Shown piece by piece: positions 58,129 to 64,000 of a DNA stretch of 64,000 bases. The number at the start of each line of letters is the position of its first letter. Position 1 is the stretch's first letter. Under the pieces are notes generated by a model. It made no database searches. It was not told where the DNA came from and worked only from the letters and a program-made list of their open reading frames with translations. This stretch comes from Calditrichales bacterium (lineage in GTDB: Bacteria > Calditrichota > Calditrichia > Calditrichales > J004), in contig OZ254086.1 in NCBI GenBank assembly GCA_965267575.1, forward strand, positions 416,001-480,000, in the 5' to 3' direction. The translations under genes were made by a program, and so were the position numbers.

Positions 58129-58702
58129 CAACCAGCCTTTCCTCAAAATAATCGGATAATTCCCTGCGTAATTTCTGGCGCGCCCTAAGCAGGCGAATTT
58201 TCACGTTCTCCTCCGTAATATTCAGCACCTCGCCCGTGTCCCGCGTCGAGAGCCCCTCGATGTCGCGCAGCACAAAAACGGTGCGATATTTATCATCCAG
58301 TTTATTTATGGCACTGTCGATTTTTGATCTTACTTCGTCATTATACAGATCAAACGTCGGGTCCTGGCTCCAGTCTACCATATTTTGAATATCACTGAAT
58401 TCCATGTCCGAATCGCTTTCCACCATGTTGCTGCGTCTTACTTTTTTCTTGCGTATCAGCATCAGCGCGGAGTTTGTAGCGATGCGGTAAACCCAGGTAA
58501 AAAAACTGCTTCGCCCGTCAAAAGTGTGCAGCTTGCGGATGACGGTTAGAAACGTATCCTGCAGCACGTCTTCGGCTTCTTCACGGTTGCGTAGAATCCT
58601 TAAAGCCAGGTTATAAACCCGTTCGCTATAGCGATTTACCAGAACGCTCAGAGCGCGCTTGTCGCCTTGTTTGGCTTGCTCTATGGTTAAGGCTTCGTCC
58701 AA
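58115..58702 (-). CDS. ECF RNA polymerase sigma factor
   Basis: AEDVLQDTF, FFTWVYRIATN, region 4 LRDIEGLS...VKIRLLRAR; TTG start. Confidence 0.95.
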   Translation of the reverse strand: MDEALTIEQAKQGDKRALSVLVNRYSERVYNLALRILRNREEAEDVLQDTFLTVIRKLHTFDGRSSFFTWVYRIATNSALMLIRKKKVRRSNMVESDSDMEFSDIQNMVDWSQDPTFDLYNDEVRSKIDSAINKLDDKYRTVFVLRDIEGLSTRDTGEVLNITEENVKIRLLRARQKLRRELSDYFEERLVDANG

Positions 58703-58720
58703 AATCGATCCTTTTGTTAT

Positions 58721-58746
58721 GATGATTCCTGCTCTTTACGGTTACA
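58721..58746 (-). promoter_or_regulatory. Putative ECF-type autoregulatory promoter
   Basis: TGTAAC-N16-CATC ending 18 nt before the sigma start codon. Confidence 0.5.
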
Positions 58747-58913
58747 GCTTTTAGAAAATACACAAATTCTTCTGTTTTGTCATAATTGATTCGTTCCATA
58801 TTTATCACAAAAGTGCCGCTGATGGGAAAGCGCTGAATTGATGGATTGGTGCATTGACGAACTATTTGCCCGGCATGCCGGATTATGATTTGGACGGTAC
58901 CAGGTTTAAGCGG

Positions 58914-59693
58914 CTACATCTTAACATCATAAGGCAAAATGTAAATCGAGTCGGTGAAGGGATTGATATCGATATACACTTTTACGCCATAGACCTCTTC
59001 GATAACGGGAAACTTCAGCACATCATGCGGCGAGCCGTAGCGCACAACGCGGCCCTCGTGCAGCATGATCAGCCGGTCGCAATACTGGGCGGCCAGGTTG
59101 ATGTCGTGAGTAACCGTGATGACGGTTTTACCTTCGTCATGGCACAGACGGCGCACGGTGCGGTAAATATCCTGCTGGTGGCGTAAATCCAGCGCGGAGG
59201 TAGGTTCATCGAGTAACAACAGGCTGCTTTGCTGAGCCAGGGCGCTGGCAATCAGCACACGCTGTTTTTCGCCTCCGCTCAGGGCATTAAAACCTCGTGT
59301 GCGAAATTCGGCAAGATCCATCGCGGCAAGGGCTTCTTTAACGGCTTTGCGGCCCTGTTCATCCACACCCAGCAGCGTGCGCTTGTAAGGGTAGCGCCCC
59401 ATTTGCACCACTTCATCCACGCTGAAATCAAAATGTACATCCACGTTTTGCGGTACATAAGCCAGCAAACGGGCGATATCGGCACGCCCCAGTTTGGCCA
59501 GCGGCTGCCCGTTTATCTGAATTCTTCCTGCCTGCGGCTGTAACAATCCCGCCACAACCTTTATGAGCGTGGTTTTGCCGGCACCGTTGGGACCGATTAT
59601 CCCGCTGATTTTGCCTTCGGGAATCCGCAGCGAAATGTTATCCAGCAACGGCTCCGCGCCATAACTGAAACTAAGTGCTTCGATGTTTACCAT
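58914..59693 (-). CDS. ABC transporter ATP-binding protein, cobalamin/iron-siderophore type (BtuD/FepC-like)
   Basis: GPNGAGKTT, LAYVPQ, MGRYP, LSGGEKQR, LLDEPT, THDINLAAQYCD. Confidence 0.9.
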   Translation of the reverse strand: MVNIEALSFSYGAEPLLDNISLRIPEGKISGIIGPNGAGKTTLIKVVAGLLQPQAGRIQINGQPLAKLGRADIARLLAYVPQNVDVHFDFSVDEVVQMGRYPYKRTLLGVDEQGRKAVKEALAAMDLAEFRTRGFNALSGGEKQRVLIASALAQQSSLLLLDEPTSALDLRHQQDIYRTVRRLCHDEGKTVITVTHDINLAAQYCDRLIMLHEGRVVRYGSPHDVLKFPVIEEVYGVKVYIDINPFTDSIYILPYDVKM

Positions 59694-59730
59694 AAATAAA
59701 AAAAGGTTGCCCCCTGCAGAGACAACCTTT
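59694..59730 (-). terminator. Intrinsic terminator after nrdJb
   Basis: Minus strand AAAGGTTG...CAACC followed by a T run that ends just before the ATPase ATG. Confidence 0.75.
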
Positions 59731-59750
59731 CATTTAGTTTTTTCATCAGA

Positions 59751-60353
59751 TTACTTGTCGCACTTACTATAACCGCACTCGGGGTTAACGCATGTCAGGC
59801 AGCCGTTTTCCATTTTGACGCTTCTTTCGCTGCAATCGGGGCAAATTTGAAATTCGGTATTGGCCGCAGCAGCAACGGGAACCGCTGGTTCTTTTACGGG
59901 TGTCACCTTGTCGGGCTGCGCTTCCATAATGCCGATCTCCGTAAACCAGCGCCGGATCACGTCGGCAATCTCGCTGTAGAAGCTGTGCACGTATTTGCCA
60001 TTACGGTGATAGCCGCCGTTGGGATCGTGGATACTGCTCAGCTCTTCCAGGATAAATTCAGGATTGGCGCTTTTGCGGAAAATGGCCGAAAGCAGGCGCG
60101 TAAGCACAGCGTACTCGGCGTTTTTGGTCAGGTCTTTGCTGTTAATAAAAATCTCAATGGGACGCTTACGACCGTTTTGCTCAATCCAGCCCAGGGTTAT
60201 ATAGACGCTGTGCTTAACAAAGCCGCTGCGCAGTTTGTATACCTTGGCATCCACCACGTTCGGGCGTTCGACAATATGTTCTTCAACGTGATCAAGAGGT
60301 TCTTCGTTTTCTACCTCTCGGATCTCAAAATTATGATCTTCCAAACGGATCAT
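59751..60353 (-). CDS. nrdJb: Class II RNR small subunit (NrdJb-like, TSCPD-type domain with Cys-rich tail)
   Basis: YITL...RPIEIFINSK...LTRLLSAIFR...EELSSIHDPNGGY; C-terminal CPDC...GCLTC...CGYSKC. Confidence 0.85.
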   Translation of the reverse strand: MIRLEDHNFEIREVENEEPLDHVEEHIVERPNVVDAKVYKLRSGFVKHSVYITLGWIEQNGRKRPIEIFINSKDLTKNAEYAVLTRLLSAIFRKSANPEFILEELSSIHDPNGGYHRNGKYVHSFYSEIADVIRRWFTEIGIMEAQPDKVTPVKEPAVPVAAAANTEFQICPDCSERSVKMENGCLTCVNPECGYSKCDK

Positions 60354-60362
60354 GCTGCCCCC

Positions 60363-62864
60363 TTACGCTTTTACTTTTACAAATTCGTTCTTCTTTTTAT
60401 AGCTGTGCAGATAGTGATAAACCGTGGTCAGCTCACCATCCGGCAGCGAAAGCAGATCGTCACCGCGCAGACCTACTTCTTTGTCACCGATCTTCAGCAC
60501 AAATGTCTTGTCCTTGGCTTCCTGGAAATCGCTTTTTTCGTTTTCCACACTGAGGATCGGGAAGCGGCTGCCGTCGCGATAAATCGTAATCCCCTTAAGG
60601 CCTTTCTTCCAGGCACTTACATACACATCGGAGATTGTTTCAGGCTCAATCGCCTCAGGCAGGTTGACCGTCGACGAGATGCTGTGATCAACGTATTTCT
60701 GGCAGCGTCCCTGGACTTCCACGCGCTTCTTCGGATTTACGTGATGCGCGGTACGGAAGAAATATTTCGGTAGATACTCGGTCAACTCGGCTTCCGTTTG
60801 CGCTTTGGCAACTTTGTCCGATAACATGTTCATATCGATGTAGGCCTGCACCGTGGAGTGGAAGACCTTAAAGAATTTATTGCCGAATGATTCGCTGCGG
60901 CGTGTGTAGAACAGGGCGAAAATCGGCTCGATCCCGCTGCTGACACCCATATAGTTTTTATTGCCGTTGCGGAAGCTCATCACAATGTTGCTGATGGAGC
61001 CCGTTGGCGCAATGGCCAGAATAGCGATGTTGCGCAGGCCTTTTTCGGTGATCAGCTTGCGTGTTTCGCCGTTAAGGGCTTCCTGGAAGAAAGGCCCTTT
61101 TGTGTATTTTTCATTATCGTATATGGGCGATGCGCCTTTTTCTCCGGCCAGCAGCGCGGAAGCTTTGTAGGCTTCGTTGGCGATGGCTTCCATTACGGTT
61201 TCCATCAGGTTTATACCCTCTTCGGAATCGTAGGCAATTCCCAGCTGGTTGAGCATGTCCGCGGTGCCCATAATACCCAGACCCAGGCGGCGTGTTTCGG
61301 CAGCGGCCTGGCGCTGCTTTTTCAGCGGGTTGAGCGCTTCGTTCCAGCTTACCACGTTATCGAGAAAACGTACGGCGGTGTAAGTAACCTCGCGCAGGCG
61401 GTCCCAATTTACACGTGCCTGGGCGGTAAAGCCCTGCTCCACAAATCGGGAAAGATTAATCGAACCCAGGTTACAGGCACCACCATCTTCCAGCGGTACT
61501 TCGGCGCAGGGGTTGGTGCTGGCGATAGGCCGGTTGACGTAATTGGATGGCGAATACTTGCTCATCCGCGTCCAGAAGATCAGCCCCGGTTCGGCGGTTT
61601 TGTAGTTGCCTTCCACAAAAGCATCCCATACTTCACGGGCTTTGATCAGTTTGCGGATCTCACCGGATGGCTTTGAGCCAAAATAGAGCATGTAGTCACC
61701 GCTGTAACGCACAGCCAAATCAAACGGCTCGTTTTCCAGCTGAACGATCACATCACCAAATACATCGCGCAGCGCTGCGTCGTCAAAATCACCTTCATCG
61801 ATACGCTGGCCCCAGTTTTTATTCAGAAAATCATTAAGGCCTGACACATTCTGGAAAACGTGCATCAGTTCATAATCTTCTATATCCTTGGCCGGTATCT
61901 GGTAAGAATAATGATAACCGTCATCCAGGTAAGCCTTGCGCACCAGTTCTTTATTGAACTTTTTGTAAACGAGGATTTTATCGGTGCCGTATTTCTTCTG
62001 CTCTTCCACCGCCTGCATAAATTCATCGGATACCTTAATACTGATATTGGCAAAGCGCACCTGGGTATTTTCCATTACCTGGCGCTCAATCTCTTTGAGC
62101 TGTTCCTGGTCAAACTTCCCGCTCCAGCTGGCCTGGTCAACAATCTGCTTAGTCACCCAGTTGGGGATCTTTTTAACTTTGATAAATTCAGTGATGTCGG
62201 GATGCTTCACGTCAATGGTCAGCATCAGCGCGCCACGGCGGCCGCTCTGTCCAATCAGTCCGGTGGTAAGGGAGTAAAGCTCCATAAAGGAAACGGCCCC
62301 GGTGGAACTGTCCGCGGCATTGTGAACCACGCTGTTCTTGGGCCGCAGCGGTGAAATATCGACACCGATGCCGCCACCATAGGAGTAGGTGCGCGCGCAC
62401 TCGGCTGCCGTCTGATAAAGGGATTCTATGCTGTCTTCCTGAAGCTTGGAGACAAAGCAATTGGCAAGGGTTTTTAAGCGATACAGATCGCCGGCACCAG
62501 CCAGCACACGGCCACCCGGGACAAATTGCCCCTCATACAGAATATCATAAAACTTTTCCGTCCACTCATCGGCCTTCTTTGTATCCGGTTCCATGGCGGC
62601 GATAAACGAAGAGAGACGCGTAAAAACATCTTCAGGCGTTTTCTCAATCAGCTTATTGTTGAGATCTTTTACATAATATTTTTTTTCAAAAATGTTACGG
62701 GCCAGGTCATTATTGCCCAGGTAATCGTTTTCGGGGTGAACGGGGAGCTGACCCTCTTTCTGCATTTTCCGGACCTTATCATAGAGGGTCTTGTATCTTT
62801 TTATATATTTCTGATCGACAACATTCGCATATTTGCCCTTGTGTTCGAACATTTTATTAAACAT
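60363..62864 (-). CDS. nrdJ: Adenosylcobalamin-dependent (class II) ribonucleotide reductase, large subunit
   Basis: PGGRVL, ANCF, GGGIG, RRGALM, TNPCAE, ACNLGSINL, IAPTGS, ISSTVN, YRDGSR. No class I C-terminal Tyr pair seen. Confidence 0.92.
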   Translation of the reverse strand: MFNKMFEHKGKYANVVDQKYIKRYKTLYDKVRKMQKEGQLPVHPENDYLGNNDLARNIFEKKYYVKDLNNKLIEKTPEDVFTRLSSFIAAMEPDTKKADEWTEKFYDILYEGQFVPGGRVLAGAGDLYRLKTLANCFVSKLQEDSIESLYQTAAECARTYSYGGGIGVDISPLRPKNSVVHNAADSSTGAVSFMELYSLTTGLIGQSGRRGALMLTIDVKHPDITEFIKVKKIPNWVTKQIVDQASWSGKFDQEQLKEIERQVMENTQVRFANISIKVSDEFMQAVEEQKKYGTDKILVYKKFNKELVRKAYLDDGYHYSYQIPAKDIEDYELMHVFQNVSGLNDFLNKNWGQRIDEGDFDDAALRDVFGDVIVQLENEPFDLAVRYSGDYMLYFGSKPSGEIRKLIKAREVWDAFVEGNYKTAEPGLIFWTRMSKYSPSNYVNRPIASTNPCAEVPLEDGGACNLGSINLSRFVEQGFTAQARVNWDRLREVTYTAVRFLDNVVSWNEALNPLKKQRQAAAETRRLGLGIMGTADMLNQLGIAYDSEEGINLMETVMEAIANEAYKASALLAGEKGASPIYDNEKYTKGPFFQEALNGETRKLITEKGLRNIAILAIAPTGSISNIVMSFRNGNKNYMGVSSGIEPIFALFYTRRSESFGNKFFKVFHSTVQAYIDMNMLSDKVAKAQTEAELTEYLPKYFFRTAHHVNPKKRVEVQGRCQKYVDHSISSTVNLPEAIEPETISDVYVSAWKKGLKGITIYRDGSRFPILSVENEKSDFQEAKDKTFVLKIGDKEVGLRGDDLLSLPDGELTTVYHYLHSYKKKNEFVKVKA

Positions 62865-63137
62865 GTGCTTACTCCCCTTGTGAGCGTACTTTTAAATTTT
62901 CAGGTTTCGATTTTCCTAATACACCGGACCAAAAAATGGACCCTTGTGATGGAGCATTTTTCGGAAATTTTGGGTAAACCCATGTACTTAAATGGCTTAC
63001 GTCGTTGGTTATAACTTAGAAGTGTATTGCGTTTGGATGGATTACAATATCACTTTTTATGACTCCCATTTCAAGTAAAATTTGATTTTTTTGGTGTCCG
63101 ATCGTAATGCTAAATTTTCGTCAGTCATGGTCAGTTT

Positions 63138-64000
63138 TTAGTCAGTTTGTGACGTCTTTTCATCTGCCTGCTTTTCGCGGACCGATTCAACAATCTGTTT
63201 AAAGGCGCCTGCTATCTGCGCCATCCGCGGACCGGGGATAAGGTGATGGTTGCCCTGTAAAACAAAAACATGCTCATCATTTACCGCGTCGAGGCGCTGC
63301 GCCAAAGGCTGCCAGCCCTGCACAACCATTTGGGCATCCTGCTCTTCACCGGTAAACTCGATAATGGCTTGCGGATTGCGGTACAAAATATCCTCACGGT
63401 TTACCTGGGCGAAAGTAGCGGGAAGATCATCAAAAGCATTCCTGCCGCCCACCCAACGCCACAGCTGGTCTATATAAGCACCGGGACCGATAACGGATAT
63501 CCGGCGCAGCTCCGAACCATCGCGGCCCAGAACAAGCATGGCGGACACCCGTTCTTCCTGAGTCACGTCATTACGCAAAGCGGCCATCTCCTGCTTTATG
63601 GAGCGCACAACGCTGTCAGCGGCAGCTTTTCTTCCCAATAAAACACCCAGACTATCCAGCGATACAAAAACCGACTCCATCGTGGATTCCGGCAGATAAA
63701 CAATACGGAAAGATTTATCCGGAAAACGGTTTTCCAGCCCACGGTAAGAGTGCGTCGCCAGGATAAGGTCCGGACGCAGCGCCGTTATTTTTTCCAGGTT
63801 GGGATTTACCAATCCGCCGACGGACTCTTTTTCTTTAGCTTGCGGCGGCCAGGCGCAATAGTCCGTGACAGCTGCCAGCTTCTGTTCCGCGCCAATGGCA
63901 TACACCATCTCGGTGATCGACGGCGCCAGCGATATGACGCGCTGAACAGAGGAATCTTCTTTTTGTGCCTTTTTGCTGCAACCAAAAGCAAACAGGAACA
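63138..64000 (-). CDS. Cobalamin/iron ABC transporter substrate-binding lipoprotein (BtuF-like), 5' end outside the window
   Basis: The frame continues upstream of the listed ORF as FAFGCSKK...QRVISLAPSITEMVYAIG; VTDYC.WP, PNLEKI.ALRPDL, PGPR. Confidence 0.88.
   Translation of the reverse strand, partial: FLFAFGCSKKAQKEDSSVQRVISLAPSITEMVYAIGAEQKLAAVTDYCAWPPQAKEKESVGGLVNPNLEKITALRPDLILATHSYRGLENRFPDKSFRIVYLPESTMESVFVSLDSLGVLLGRKAAADSVVRSIKQEMAALRNDVTQEERVSAMLVLGRDGSELRRISVIGPGAYIDQLWRWVGGRNAFDDLPATFAQVNREDILYRNPQAIIEFTGEEQDAQMVVQGWQPLAQRLDAVNDEHVFVLQGNHHLIPGPRMAQIAGAFKQIVESVREKQADEKTSQTD

Noticed and set aside
61701-62003. Intein or intron in nrdJ
   Set aside because: No intein terminal residues or homing-endonuclease motifs, and the frame is uninterrupted; kept as a domain insertion.
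62865-63137. Cobalamin riboswitch or NrdR boxes upstream of nrdJ
   Set aside because: No B12-box-like or ACACWATATMTWGT-like match found by eye; a covariance search is needed to exclude them fully.

Overview
A gene-dense bacterial chromosomal segment, mostly on the minus strand. I see no integrase, transposase, phage genes, rRNA or CRISPR array. The organism is a diderm FCB-group bacterium, most plausibly Calditrichota-like. This is inferred from lpxK, three secreted proteins ending in a 'PNPFNP.T.I' T9SS/FlgD-type sorting domain, GWxTD and DUF2851 proteins, and strong Shine-Dalgarno use. The housekeeping backbone comprises rnhB-aroK-aroB-aroQ-flippase-lpxK-tRNAfMet-tRNAMet-tilS-hpt-ftsH-TPR-folP-cdaA, plus comEC, hisS, aroF, an AlaX-like editor and an M16 peptidase pair. 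Several poorly characterised modules are interleaved. (1) A tightly linked cassette of a 2220-aa adhesin-like T9SS cargo, a secreted FecR+Ig protein and an orphan outer-membrane beta-barrel, with no ECF sigma or TonB receptor; this is the best candidate for an undescribed envelope system. (2) A 7xDUF5666 T9SS protein plus lipoprotein behind an apparent sigma54/IHF/enhancer promoter. (3) A split class II ribonucleotide reductase with a ~100-aa non-intein insertion, placed between BtuF-like and BtuD-like genes. (4) An ECF sigma / degenerate-ZAS anti-sigma / TlpA / M16 operon. (5) An EIIA / PII-like / Ser-Thr kinase cluster. (6) Period-8 AATTCANN arrays on both sides of a TrmH-family gene. All functional calls come from motifs read by eye; no database searches were run.
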